Origin: the human T2T-CHM13v2.0 reference genome, Homo sapiens
DNA: 64,000 nt
Strand: one strand, 5' to 3'
Assembly (NCBI RefSeq): GCF_009914755.1
Contig: NC_060930.1
The notes beneath the pieces are model-generated. The model was given only the letters and a program-made list of their open reading frames with translations, did not search any database and had not been told where the DNA came from. This document shows positions 1-13,500 of the stretch, piece after piece (within the stretch, counting starts at the first letter, position 1; each line of letters opens with the position of its first letter). The translations under genes and the position numbers were made by a program.

Positions 1-164
1 TTCCTTCAAAGTGTTTTCCTCTGTTTTTGTGTCTAAGGATCTCTTATTCCCAAGGATATTTAATGAAAACTTGTATATTTAAATGATCAAAAAGAATATT
101 CATACTAGATACATTTATCAATTCAATACAAAAGAGTCATTGTGAAGTAAAGAAAATAAGTTCA

Positions 165-362
165 AGTGCTTAAGCCCTGGGTGAGAATCCTGTTTCTGCT
201 ATTTATTTCCCATTATGTCTCATCTCAGTTTCTTCATCTGCAAAATGGGGATGATTAACATGCATCTTATATGGTGTTGGTGAGGATTAAATAAGAGCAT
301 TTATATAAAGAAGCTGAGTGAACACCTGGTACATATTAGGTATGCAGTTAAGTATTAGTTTC
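165..362 (+). mobile_element. MIR SINE
   Basis: MIR core 'ctcagtttcttcatctgcaaaatggggatgat...gtgaggattaaataaga' and a MIR-like 3' end. Confidence 0.85.
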
Positions 363-601
363 CTCTCTTTCTATCACTCATTGGATATTTTTTCTTCATT
401 AATGAATAATAAGGGATTGAAGAGAAGCTTAATATGCATGAATTCATTCCACACTTCAATAAAAACTATGAAATGTCATATTGGTCATCAGGTTCCCATG
501 TCAAAGAAGACTCCTATGTCTTGGCTATTAAAATTAAAGATCATACATAAATAAGAAGAAATCTATGCTGAATTCAAACTTAAAAGGTAGGGATAGTGTG
601 A

Positions 602-1592
602 TATCAAAGAAAAATTCCACTGGATGGAGTTAAGCAGGAAAAGGAGATGCTATTCAAAACTGTTGACATAGGGGAGAGAGACTGAATTCAACTCCACAGA
701 AACAAAAGATGGAAGCGTTTTTAAGAGCTGGAAAGAGCTGGTGGGAAAGTACTGGAGTATGCCATGAGGAGATTAGTTAAGGTTATTGAAATCTGTCCTG
801 TTGTCCCATAGAACAGATGTTTATGGTTTCTTTGAATAAACATAGAAATTGATCCTTCCAGTCTTAAAACTTGAGAAAGTTACATTTGTCTTATCTGAGT
901 TCCTTTCTCAGGAAACCAACCTTCAGGACTACCAGATAGTATAAAGGAACTTAAACTTACCAGATCACCACATCTGGACAATGAAATTCCAGACCACTCA
1001 TTGCCTAACCAACCACCTGCTTCTTGTTGACAAACTTCTCTTCCTTACCCCTCCCTAATTCCTGTTTCCCTGCACATAGTTACATTTCTTCCCTGCTATA
1101 TAAACCTCTAATTTTAGTCACTCAGGGAGATAAATTTGAAACTATTCGTCCTTCTCCTTGGCTGCAGCACCCAATTAAAGCCTTCTTCCCTGGCAATACT
1201 CATTGTCTCAGTGACTGGCTTTCTGTGTGGTGAACAAGACCCAGAAAGAACACTTGGCATTTTGGTAATATTATTAGATCATCATTGTTTGCTAACTGCT
1301 GCTTATCAAAGTTAGGCTCCTCACCTCCCACAGAGACTGGGAGATAGATTTTTTTCTTGACGATTATATTTCAAAGGGAAGGCAACCAGGCCTTTGGGAA
1401 AGACATTTGCTAGTTGTGAAACTAGCAAGAAGCTGGTAAAAGTTTTATATCTTAGGGGAAGAGAAATAATTTACAATTGCAAGTTTTTAAAGGTAAGCAT
1501 CCTAAAAAAGGGGATATCAGAGGTCTATAGTTAGGAAGAAATCTGTCTAAAATGTAGTTAAGTGGAGGGAAACGTTAAGCCTGTCTTGGTCA
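602..1592 (-). mobile_element. ERV1 solo LTR (MER31-like), split by a nested LTR at 787-1270
   Basis: Minus strand starts TGACCAAGACAGGCTTAACGTTTCCCTC and ends TTTTTCTTTGATA; 4-bp TSD GTGA at 598-601 and 1593-1596; family from recalled consensus. Confidence 0.75.
787..1270 (+). mobile_element. ERV1 MER4-group solo LTR (LTR54-like)
   Basis: TGAAATC...GGTAATA ends, TATA-like 'ctatataaa', ATTAAA poly(A)-like signal, 4-bp TSD TTAT at 783-786 and 1271-1274. Confidence 0.8.
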
Positions 1593-2839
1593 GTGACACA
1601 GTGCAAGAGGAGTACGGCTTTGGTGACACTTGGGATTGAGCTTTTAGAGAGTATGAACCTACATAGTTTCTGTCTGAGATTTAATCCCTAGATCTTCCAA
1701 ACAGATTTAAATCTACATTCATCACAAAGTTTTAGGATTATTGTATTTAAATGCTCTTCTCACCAAGAACAGAAGATGAACATATTTATTTACTAGGAAA
1801 TTAAATTTCATTATGGTATTCAATTTAAAAATCTCATAACCAAAATAACTTATTTAATCATTGATTTTCTTTTAACTAAACATGTTTTTAGAATTCACAA
1901 GACACTATTCTGCCAGAAATCTAAACTAAAGGAGTCATTTTTTGTGTGTGTTCAGATACATTGAAAAGAGCACCTGGGTTTTCAAAAATAAAAAACCAAA
2001 GAAGGAGATGAAATATTTGAGTAAAAAATATGGTATTTTATCTCTTCTCTGTGAAAACTTCACAGAGATAAAGGGAAAGTCAATGACAGAGTCCACTTCC
2101 TTGTATTTTCCTTGGTTATATATGGTAATACACTAAAATAAAATCCTAGCAGTAAATTGGCTTGGAGCAGTTACTATGTTGGAAATTACTATTATACTTT
2201 TCCTCAAATAAACTGATAATTCAATTATTCAGTTTTCTATCTCCACAATTCTGCCTAAATACTTAGGTTCTTTATTAATACAACTGGCATATTTATAACT
2301 GTCATCTTTATTACAGAGTTAATAATCATTGAAGAATAAAAATAAAATGTAGACTGAAAAATAATAAACTAATTAGCTTTTCTTAAGGAGCTGATAATGT
2401 CCACAGAAGACATAAAGGAACTGTGACTTATGTACTTTATTAGTACTCCAGAAATGACCACATCTTTCTCCTTTCATCTATTGTAGCCTCTCCCTTTACT
2501 TTTTCTTGCCTTTCTTGCCAAACTACTCTATAGTTTTCTATCTCTCACATTTCCTCATTGTAGCCTATTTCCTTCTCTCTTGCCATATGTTTGCATATTT
2601 GTCATGCATCAATGAAAAAGATAATTTTGATAATGATGTAAGGAAATAAAAATAGCTTAACCCAAAAAACTGTAAAATAGTTTCAAATGAAGCAAAAGAA
2701 TACCTGGCGTATTCTTTCATTGGAATGTTGGTGGTATTTAGTGGGGTATGTAATACCACAGGGGTATATGCCCCTTTAATTATCTTTTTGACTGGCAATT
2801 TTACAACTTTATAAGTAGTCAAATAAAACAAAACAAAAA

Positions 2840-3044
2840 TTAAGGTGGTTCCTTAACAAACTTAAGGTAGAATGACTGTATGATCCAGCAATTACACTTC
2901 TGAGTATATATCCAAAATAATTGAAAGTAGGTTCTCAAAAAGATATTTATATACCTGTGTTTGCAGTAATATTATTCATAAAAGCCATGAGGAAAAAGAA
3001 ATCTAAGTATTCATTGATAAATGAACAGATAAATTGTGTCATAT
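2840..3044 (+). mobile_element. Old L1M 3' ORF2/UTR fragment
   Basis: 'tatgatccagcaattacacttctgagtatatatccaaaataattgaaagtagg' L1 motif. Confidence 0.8.
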
Positions 3045-3089
3045 TATACTATATTATATTATACTATATTATGTTATTATTATATTACC

Positions 3090-3447
3090 TCATTCTGTGG
3101 TAACAAAATAGTATATATTGGATGGTTTAAACAACATAAATGTATTTTCTCACTGTTTTGGAGACCAGAAGTCCTCGACCAAGGTGCTGGCCTATTTGGT
3201 TACTGTTGAGGGCTTTCTTCCATTCTTATGGGCAGCCAATGTGAGTTCACGTGACTGGTTTCAATGTGCTTGGAAAGAAAAAGCGCCCTGATGTTCCTTC
3301 TTATAAGAATATCAGTCATATTGGTTTATTCCTTTATGACCTCATTAACCTTAATTACTTCATCATAGGCCCTATCTCCAAATACAGTCAAATTGGGAGT
3401 TAGGGTTTCAATACACAAATTTTGCAGACACAATTCAGTCCATAACA
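3090..3447 (-). mobile_element. MaLR LTR (MLT1A-like)
   Basis: 'ggtttaaacaacataaatgtattttctcac...tctccaaatacagtcaaattgg...cacaattcagtccataaca' match the MLT1 minus-strand pattern. Confidence 0.8.
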
Positions 3448-3479
3448 AGCATACTAATAACTCTGATTTAATCAGTATT

Positions 3480-4760
3480 TTCCTTATTACCTAATTTGCT
3501 GTTTTGTTTCTTCAATAATTCCCTACATGCTAAGATCATGCAAATTTTCTTCTATGTTATTTTTGAAACTTGATTGTTTTGTATTTCACATTTAAATATA
3601 ATTGATCTGAAATTGATTCTTGTAAGTGTTTTTGTGAGGGATCAGTCATTTTTTTCTATGTAGATATGTGGTTAACACAGTACCATTTGATGAAAATTTA
3701 TTTCCTGTACCACTTCAAGGCAGTGTCGTTTTTGTTGTAAATCATATAGGGCATATATGTGAATGTAAACCCACCAGTCTTTCAATGTTGGTCTATTAGT
3801 GGGACCATTTTCCAATTTTTTTACAAATAATTTTTTTCTTTGGAATTATGACTTTCAAAACATTTTATTTTATAATTTATTTCATTTTAAATTAACAAAT
3901 AATATTTGTACATATTTATGGGACATTTTAATAGAAGTATACATCAAGTTAATTAGCATATTTATCACTTCAAATATTTATCATTTATTTGTGGTAAGAA
4001 CATTTAAAATATTCTTTTAGCTATTTTTAAATATAAGTTATTATTAACTATAGTCACCAGGCTGTGCAATAAATCACCAGAAGTTTTTTTCTATTATTTA
4101 GCTGAAACTTTGTATCCTTTGACCAATATCTCCCCTTTCCCTCCCCACCAGCCTCTGGTAATGTGATTAACAATCATTGTAGTTTGTCATCAAGATTGTG
4201 TTGGCCACTCTTAGCCCTTTACATTTCTAAATAAATTATATAATCAGTTTGCCAATTTACCAAGAATATATCTTTGGGGATTTTAGGTGGGCATACATTG
4301 GATCTATAAAAGAGTGGAGAATTAATATCTTTAAATATTTAGTCTTCTAAACTTCAACATTGCATACCACTGCATTTATGTGGGTTTTGTTTTAAATCAA
4401 TATTATATGGTAGTGCTTTTTTTCGTATTTAAAGTTTTGTACATTTATCGTTAGACTTATACATATAATTATTTCAGTTATACTATAATGAAATTATTCT
4501 TTTTTAATTTTAAATTTTGTGTTGTTTTTTGTTAATATATTAAAATGAAAACAATCTAATATTCAATTACCTAACCAAAATATGTATTAATTTTAATATT
4601 TTACGATTCTCTTTCTCTATGTACATAATCATTTTCACTGTAAATAATGAGTTTTATTTGTCTGTTTATGTCTTATAGCTCTATTTTTTTTTTCTTGTAA
4701 TGGAGGTTAGGACCTCCATTACAATATTGGTATAAGAAAGTCTCATTCTCAGAATTTGAA
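3480..4760 (-). mobile_element. Old L1M fragments with an L1MA 3' end (about 3860-4180) inserted
   Basis: L1MA 3'UTR motif 'ttattaactatagtcaccaggctgtgcaataaatcacc'; flanking degenerate ORF2 antisense motifs. Confidence 0.65.
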
Positions 4761-4787
4761 GAAAGTTTCAAAAATTGTCAAATATTG

Positions 4788-7700
4788 AAGATCCAAATAA
4801 ACACAGTTAGAAATTACAAGGGGGCATTCCACAGACTACAAAAAAACAAACAAACAAACAAACAAAAAACTTCAGAAACTACTATGAACATTTCTATGCA
4901 GAAAACCTAGAAAACCTAGAAGAAATGGATGGATTCCTGGACACATAAATCCTCCCAAGATTGAACCAGTAAGAAAATAAATTACTGACCAGACCAATAC
5001 TGAGTTCTGAAATTGAATCACTAGTAGAAAGCTTACCAACCAAGAAAAGCACAGGACCAGATGGATTCACAGCCAAATTACATCAGGCATATAAAGAAAA
5101 GCTGGTACCATTCCTACAGAAAATATCCCAAAAACTTAAGAAGGAAGGAGTTCTCTGCAACTCATTCTATGAGGCCAGCATCTTCTTGATACCAAAGCCT
5201 GGCAGAGACACGACAAAAAAGAAAATTGCAAGCCAATATCCTTGATGGACATAGATGCACAAATCCTCAAAAAATACTAGCAAACCAAATCCAGCAGTAT
5301 ATCAAAAGCTAATCCATCTTGATCAAGTAGCCTTCATCCTTGGGATGCAAGGTTGGTGCAACATACGCAAATCAATAAATGAGACTCATCACATAAACAG
5401 AACTAAAAACAAAAACCACATGATTATCTCAGTAGTTGCAGAAAGGGTTTTCAATAGATTTCAACATTCCTTCATGGTAAATATCCTCAACAAACTAGGC
5501 ATTGCAGAAACATACTTTAAAATAATAAGCGCCATCTATGATAAACCCACAGCCAGCATCATATTGAATGGGCAAAAGCTGGAAGAATTCCCCTTAAAAC
5601 CTGACACAAGACAAGGAGGCCCTCTCTCACCACTCCTATTCAACATAGTACTAGGCATCCTGGCCAGAGCAATCAGGCAAGAGAAAGAAATAAAAGGCGT
5701 CCAAATAGTAAGGGAAGATGTCAAACTATCCCTGTTGGCAGACAACACTGTTCTATATCAAGAAAACACCATAGTCTCTGCCTCAAAGCTCCTTCAGCTG
5801 ATAAACAACTTCAGCAAAGTTTCAGGATACAAAATTAACGTAAAAAATCAGTAGCATGCCTACATGCTGATAACATACAGGTAGAAAGCCAAATCAGGAA
5901 TGCATTCCCATCCACAATTGCCACATAAAGAATAAAATACCTAGGAGTACAGCTAACCAGGGAAGTGAAAGAGCTCTACAATCAGAATTACAAAACACTG
6001 CTCAAAGAAATCAGAGATGACATAAACAAATTAAAAACATTCCATGTTCATAGATACGAAGAATCAATATTGTTAAAATGGCCATACTGCCCAAAACAAT
6101 TTAGATTTCAATTCTATTCCTACAAAATCAACAATAGCATTCTTCACAGCTAAAAAAAAAACTATTTTAAAATTCATATGGAACCAAAAAAGAGCCTGAA
6201 TACCCAAGGCAAACCTAAGCAAAAAAAAAAAAACAAAACAAAAACAAACAAAACAAAACAAAAAAACAAAGCTAGAGACATCATATTACCTGACTTCAAA
6301 CCGTACTACAGAGCTACAGTAACCAATGCAGGATGGTACTGGTACAGACACAGACATATAAACCAATAGAACGGAATAGGGAACTCAGAAATTAGGCTGC
6401 ATGCCTACAACCAACTGATCTTCAACACAGCTGACAAAAACAAGCAATGAAGATCTCAACAAGCAATGAAGATCTCTATTCAACAAATGATGCTGGGATA
6501 ACTGGCTAGCCATATGCAGAAGATTGAAATTGGACCCCTTCCTTACATCATATACAAAAATTAACTCAAGATGGTTTAAGAACTTAAATGTAAAACCCAA
6601 AACTATAAAAACTCCGGAAGACAACCTGGACAATACCATTTGTGGTATTTGATTTTCTGGCAAAGATTTCATGACAAAGACACCAAAGCAAGCAATTGCA
6701 GTAAAACAAAAATTGAGAAATTGGAGCTAATTAAAGAAGAGCTTCTACACAGTAAATGAAACTATCAACAGAGTAAACCTACAGAATGAGAGAAAATACT
6801 TGCAAACTATGCATCCAACAAGGGTCTGAGATCCAGAATCTACAAGGAACTTAAACAAATTTACAAGTAAAAAACAAACAGCTTCATTAAAAAGTGGGCA
6901 AAGAACTTGAACAGACACTTTGCAAAGAAGACATACACATATCCCATATGAATATTGTAAAAAGCTGAAAATCACTAATTATTAGAGAAATACAAATTAA
7001 AATCACAATGAGGTACCCTCTATCCCCAGTCAGAATGGCTATTATTAAGAAGTCAGAAAATAACAGATGCAAGCAAGGTTGCAGAGTGAAGGGTCAGCCA
7101 CTGTGGAAAGCAGTGTGGCAATTACTCAATGAGCTTAAAACAGAACAACCATTTGACCCAACAATCCCATTATTGGGTAAATACCTAAAGGAATATAAAT
7201 CATTCTATCATAAAGACACATGCATGTAAATGTTCATTGCAGCACTACTGAAAATAGTAAAGACATGAAATTAACTTAAATGCCCATCAGCGTTAGACTA
7301 AATAAAGAAAATGTGGTTCCTATACACTGTGGAAAACTATGCAGCCATAAAAAAGAATGAGATCACGTCCTTTGTAGCAACATGGGTGGAGCTGGAGGCC
7401 ATTATCCTTAGCAAACCACCACAGGAACAGAAAACCAAATACTACATGTTCTCACTTTTAAATGGGAACTATACAGTAAGAACATATGGACACAAAGAGG
7501 GGAACAACAGACTCTGGGGCCTTATTGAAGGTGAGGGTAGGAGGAGGGAGAGAATCAGAAAAAATACCCATCAGCTACTATGCTTGTTACATGAGTGACA
7601 AAGTAATTTGTACAGCAATTCCCCATGACATTCAGTTTATATATGACAAACCTGCATGTTTACCCCTGAATCTAAAATAAGAATAAAAAAAAAAAAAGAA
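4788..7700 (+). mobile_element. 5'-truncated L1 (L1PA13-16-type), ORF2 RT/C-terminal remnant, dead
   Basis: ORF 5255-5854 has RT motifs ([15 protein letters not shown]; LADN for FADD); frameshifts and stops; L1PA 3'UTR and poly(A) at about 7680-7700. Confidence 0.95.
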
Positions 7701-8194
7701 AACAAAAAGTTAGTGTAAAAGTTCTTTTGTCATTTTTGGAAGATTTCACTTGTCAAATCATTGCCTGTTATTCTTTTTGAGGAGTGCTTTTAAGTTATGT
7801 ATTGTATTTATTTAAAAGATGTAGTACTATTTCATTTTTTTAACTTCTATTCATTTTGGTGACTTGTATATTTCAAAGAAATGAAAGCTTACATTTTAAT
7901 ATTCAATTTTTTGCCATTAAATTGTTTATACTATCACCTCATTTTTTTTTTACCTTTAAGGGCTGTAGCAATGTCTCCTTTTCATTGTTATGATTTTTAT
8001 GTTTTCCTCCTGTCTTTATTAGTCTAGCAAGAAGTTTGTTGATCTTACTAGTCTTTCAAAGACCTAATTTATAGCTTTTTTTGTTTCATCTATTGTATGT
8101 TTTTACCTACATAACTAATTCATTAACTTATTTTCAATAAAAAATGGTTATTATGATGATGAAATTATTAGACCAACTTTTGCTTTCAATTTTT

Positions 8195-9570
8195 TAAAAT
8201 AGCGTTTTAATTTTAGAAAGGTTTTAGAGAAAAAATGTGAAGAAAATACTTATCTTCTCAAATACCCCTCACTCCTATTATTAACATTGACAAGAGCATG
8301 GTACATGTATTATAATTAATAAATTAATATTGATGTTTTATTGATATTCATATTGATATTTAATCCTTTATTCGGGTAGCCTTAATTTTTACTTAATGAT
8401 ATTTTTCTGTTTCAGGATTTTATCCAGGACACCACATGTCAATTAGTTGTCATGTCTCCTTAGGTTCCTTTCAGCTATGATGATTTTTCACACTTTTCTA
8501 ATTTTTGATGACCTTGACAGCTTTGAGGACGCTGGTCAGGTATTTTGTACCATGTTTCTTCAATGTGATTTGTCTTATGTTTCTCATTATTAAACTAGGG
8601 TTATCCATATTTGAAAACAAGGCCATTGAGGTAGGGTACATTGTCAGCACACTATATCAAGGATGCATACTATTGGTGTAGAGCTGAGCTGTGCTGGAGA
8701 GAGAGAGCTAAGATAACAAATATTGGGGTAGGCACCTTAAACAACAAGCCAAAAAAATGAAAGTGTCAGGCAATCCTTTAATCACTTACTGTGATAGTAT
8801 CAGCAAGAGGATGAATCAGAGAAAGTGGCAACTCCCCGCTGCTCCATTTTCCCTATGAATTAGCACACTGTAGATCGCCACGGACATGTTGGTCTTTTTT
8901 CTGCACAGGGAGCTTCAAACAAGAAGTTCCTACAGTTTTACAGACCCTGCAACTGGGTTGAGAGAAAGGAAGAAGGGCTAGGAGTGGGAAAAAAACTGAG
9001 TAAGAATGGAAAAAGTAGTTTGAAGGTTCCACAATAAGAAAACCTCCAAGTAGGGGTGCCTCAGCTGAAATTAAGATAGGTATAAGAATATGAACAGTTG
9101 GTGGTCCTGAGTCCTTGGCTGAAATTCATCTTAGAGATTGCAATGCTCTTGCTGTGCACCTAGTCTGTATGGGTAAGGCAGCTGTTCCCCATAATGCCGC
9201 CCAGGTAAAGCCTTTGTAATTGCTTGTTGTCTGACCTGAAAACACCCAGGTTTTGGGGCCAGTATCTGGACTCTTCCATGACGAGCATCATTTCTCACTG
9301 TTGATATTGGCCTTCCTCACCTGGCTGAGATAGTGTTTGTCAAGTTGTTTTGGTGAAGTTACTCTTTTCTCCTCCTTTCTATACTGTATTCTTTGGAAGA
9401 AAATTACTATATGCAACCCACCCTTTGAGTGAGGAGTTATGCTTGCTTTCTCATTTTCATGACAGCAGTGTATCTAAATACTTTATTATTTCTATATTAA
9501 TTTATATAGCTTATTTGGAATGCTTCTGCACAAGAAATTTGCCTATCTGTCCCATTTATTTAATCATGTG
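8195..9570 (-). mobile_element. L1MC (L1MC4-like) 3' end, interrupted by an LTR
   Basis: 'tttttgatgaccttgacagctttgaggacgctggtcaggtattttgt' and, after the LTR, 'ctggctgagatagtgtttgtcaag'. Confidence 0.75.
8677..9287 (-). mobile_element. ERVL solo LTR (MER76/MER70-like)
   Basis: Interrupts the L1MC; minus strand ends ...AGTAAGTGATTAAAGG...CAGCTCAGCTCTACA. Confidence 0.55.
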
Positions 9571-10259
9571 GTAAATTAAATTTATTTTATAATGCAAATC
9601 AAACTTTCATTCTCTAAAATGAACTCATCTTGGTTATATTGTGTTACCATTTTTATTTATTGGTGAATTTGCCTTGTTAATATATATATTTTAGGTGTTT
9701 TAATTTGAATTCATGAGAGTGATTAGTCTGTATTTCTTTATTTCTTGAAATACCTTCTTCCAGTTTTCTGCCTTGAATCACAGTTATTTATGAACAAGTG
9801 TTGTTTCCCTAAATGTTTATGATCCTGGAAGAAGAGCTCCACAACCTGTTTTGCTATATACATATCATCCTCCTGAATACTCACTTTTTGATCATCATGT
9901 ATATTACATAGTTGTTTGAGGTAAATACCTGAAAAAATACTTAGAGGGATTTACCCTAAAGTGTAAAACATTGGCTGTGTTGTTTTCTCTAACCATTCCT
10001 AGTAATCCTTATATTTTAAAAGAGCATTTCTAAATTGCTAATATTTTAGTGTGTTAATGTTGACATTTACTGCAGTTCATAGGTCTTTCCTACTATTTTC
10101 AATTAACACCAAATAAGTAGGTTATGTTCTTTTTCTTATGTCTAATGCTGGCTATAATATCAACAGTAGTAATGAAAGTTGAAATTAAACATTTCCTTAA
10201 AGACATGTACAAATTATTCACTGTCTAAACCCATTTTTCACTTTAGTCTCTGATAGCTA

Positions 10260-10410
10260 TCAATCTCTCCATTATTGGTAGGTATTCTATTCTTATTTTG
10301 CCAATGAAAAAATGTAGCCCAGAAACAGTAAGAACTTGTTGGATGTTACACAAGTAGTGATTAACAGTGGCAGATTCAAATGACAGGCTTCCCGACTTAG
10401 CCATCGTTTT
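10260..10410 (-). mobile_element. MIR SINE
   Basis: Degenerate antisense MIR core 'tcttattttgccaatgaaaaaatgtagcccagaaacagtaagaacttg'. Confidence 0.6.
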
Positions 10411-10925
10411 CTTTTCCAAACTTCCTTTCCTTAAGATGAAATCATTATTGGAAGTCTTTCTAGCAAGATTTAGAATCTTTTCTTTAGACCAATGAGCATC
10501 CTACGCTTATTTTAAAAATTATTTTCAAGAAAATTATAGGCCTTACAATATAAGAATATGTTTAATTCATATCTCTTTCAAATGAAAGAATGCACTCATC
10601 AGCTGTGAATTGTTCCTTGGAGATGCAGCAAGTGCTAAGTATCAGCAGCTTGACACCAAGAGATTCATGTACCCAGTTATCAGCAGTATATAAGCTTATA
10701 TATATGGCAGCAGTGTATAAGCTGAAGAGTACAGGGGTGACCCTTTCAATGCTAGTGCTGTGATGTTGTGACCCAAATCCAAAATGGATTTCATTCAACA
10801 TAATATGCAGTTTAAATAACTGCATCAACCCACTATCATTTATTGATCATCTGTTAAGTGTGCAGCACATTGCAAAACTATGCTAGAGTTAGGGCTTCAC
10901 TGCATTCTGTATCTATTCCAACTCT

Positions 10926-11504
10926 TGTAATACAATATTCCACAAGTTATATCTGTCTTGTCCCAGTGTTGAAATCATGACTAAAAACTCAACTTTCCTT
11001 TGCTTCCAGTTGGCTGAACTCCCACCCTACTTACCCTAGCCATTTCCCTTACTAGGTTCCCTATGCATAACTCTATGGGTACCCGGTGCCATATGGGTAC
11101 TACAGCTATGGATACCCTTAGTAACTCTATGGGTTACTGAGCATACACCCCAAACATGCCTCCAAACTTCCAGCTTCTGAGGTTCTCACACTCTTTGGCT
11201 AGGTACCAGGCAACTAGGGACAGCCCCTAGGCCCTGGGGTCTGTTAAATTGTTCAAGTTAGTCAATATCCACCAGGAGCCCAGGGAAACCTAGCTAACCC
11301 TCACAGTATGTCTAAGCCATATATAAGCTGCCTTCCGTAGCTCTGGTTTGCTGTTACCTTAAGGTTGGGTAAAACTTTCTGTATGGCCCTATATGGCAGG
11401 CTTCTCTGGTTTGGAGCTGTAAGTAAGAGAGTTTTGCCTTTTATCTATGGATGTGTCGATGTTTGTGTCCTGCCATTCAGAGAATCTTTAAAGTTTATAA
11501 AACA
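10926..11504 (+). mobile_element. ERVL solo LTR (MER73/MER74 group)
   Basis: TG...CA ends; 'ggtaccaggcaactagggacagcccct' motif; TATA-like 'atatataagc'. Confidence 0.6.
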
Positions 11505-12530
11505 TTTGGGTTGGCTTCTATTCATTATGTTTTTTGACTCAGTTTGTGATCTTTCTGGCTTTTGGTATATGTAGTAATTTTCTATTGGAACCTAGATATT
11601 TTGTGCATTATGTTAATGAGATTATAGATATTATTTAAACCTTCTGTTTTAAATGGCTTTCTCTGGCACTACTTCAGCAGGAGCAGGGGCTGCCACTTCA
11701 TTATTCCTATTAGAGTGTAGTATTCTAGGTTCCCTACCTTGCCTCCTTCCTCACTTAAAGAGTTGGTTTCAAATTATTGTTGTGTGGGATTGTTTTTCTA
11801 GCTTCCCACTAGGACCCTGCTGTCACTGTCATGAGTGAGGCCTCATTATTTCTAGGTGGTGGTGGAAGTTTTGTCTGTCTACTAGGCATCCTCTGTTAAC
11901 ACTTTATTGGGAAAGGAGGAAGAGATCTTGATACTCCTGGCAAAGGTGGAATTGTAGGCTCCCTATGTGGTCTCCACTGATATGTTTGTGGGAGAAGGAA
12001 GCTTGTTACCACTTAGTGGGGATGGAAATCCTGATTCATATTTGTCCTTTCTGACTCCAACCTTGGAGGATGCTTGGGGTGCCTGGTCACAGCCTGATGG
12101 GGGTGGAAGTCTAGGCTCACAACCAAGCCTTTTCTATTATGGGCCATAGTTGTTTCTGTGGTGTTTGGAATAGAATGTTATCTAAAATTTTCTGTTTTTC
12201 CAGTCTGACCCCCTCCTAGTCCTTTATGTAGAGAGAAAGACCTTTTTTCCATGGTGGGGCGGTGTGTGTGCTTTTTTGCATCTGCTTTCATTAGTGTTTG
12301 TAGTTTACCCACTTCTTCAGGTCTCAGCCTGGGATTATATGGGGCAAAAGAAGAAAACTCCGGGAATTCACCACCATGGCATTCTTTGAGTCCTAAGGTC
12401 CCTAGCAGATTTTCCTTCTTTCCACCATTCAGAATCTTTTTATGTAGATTTTGTTTATAATCCTCAGAGCTTCTTGTACTTAGCAGAAAAAAATGAGGGA
12501 AAGTATGTTAACTTCTCTTTGTTCAAGAAG
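11505..12530 (-). mobile_element. Ancient L1M 5' end with internal degenerate repeats
   Basis: Recurring 'ggtggaagt(c)taggctc' units typical of old L1M 5' regions. Confidence 0.55.
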
Positions 12531-12544
12531 CATTCCCAGAATAT

Positions 12545-13500
12545 TTTAAAAATAATTTCATTTTAATGTTATTTCAAGGTTACAAAATTGTGTAGGCATA
12601 ATAAATGGAACTAATATGTCCTTTTCTAAGACTCAAAACTTATTTTTATTTTGCCCCATTTGTGTGCTCTCTTTTCTTTGTTTTTCTCTTTCCCATTTGA
12701 GAGGAAGTTGCAGACATATTATCTCTTTAATCCTGAATGTATCACTGGTATTTCAGAAAAAGGATATTCTATTATACAACCTGGTAAAATTCTCAAAATT
12801 AGAGAAGTTAATATTAATATATACTACTATTAGCTAACCCATTCCATATTTACATTTTGTGAATTGTCCTAACATCTTTTATGAATATTTACTTAGTTCA
12901 AAATCCAATCTGAATTCACCTGTAGCACATCACTGTTTAAATAGCTTTAGGTGTATTTTTAATCTGGAACCTTCTCAGACTTTCTTGTTCTTTCTGATAT
13001 GTTGTAAGAATACAAGCCATATATATCATAGAATGCTTCTGAATTTTAATTTGTCTGATTTTTTTATTTTATTTTATTTTATTTATTTTTGAGATGGTGT
13101 CTCACTCTGCTCACCCAGGTTTGAGTGCAGTGGCACGATCTTGGCTCACTATAACCTCTGCCTCCCACGTTCAAGCTTCTCCTGCCTCATCCTCCTGAGT
13201 AGCTGGGATTACAGGCACCCACGACCATGCCTGCCTAATTTTCTTTTGTACTTTTAGTAGAGATGAGGTTTTGCCATATTGGCCAGGCTGATCTTGAACT
13301 CCTGACCTCAGGTGATCTGCCCTCCTCAGTCTCCAAAAGCACTGGGATTACAGGTGTGAGCCACTGTGCCCGGCTTGATGTTTCTTTATTATTAGATTCA
13401 TAAGCATGTGTGGTGGGATTACCACAAAAATGATATGCACTTCTTACTGTATTCTATCGGAAGGCACATGGTTGACGGCTGCTCTTTGTGGTAATTTGAT
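12545..13500 (-). mobile_element. L1MC/L1ME 3' end fragment (interrupted by an Alu)
   Basis: 'aaggatattctattatacaac...aaaattagagaagttaatatt' and 'tagaatgcttctgaattttaatttgtctgat' motifs. Confidence 0.6.
13059..13375 (-). mobile_element. AluS
   Basis: Full dimeric Alu with a (TTTA)n tail. Confidence 0.95.

Noticed and set aside
5255-5854. Reverse transcriptase-like ORFs (also 41798-42304, 55795-56052) as an active or domesticated RT system
   Set aside because: Fragments of dead L1 ORF2 with mutated catalytic motifs, stops and frameshifts.
6439-6476. 19-bp tandem duplication in L1 (also short duplications at 10681-10723 and 16307-16364)
   Set aside because: Ordinary slippage duplications with no further significance.
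11505-12530. Spaced degenerate repeats resembling an array
   Set aside because: Internal monomers of an ancient L1 5' end; not CRISPR-like, and the DNA is eukaryotic.
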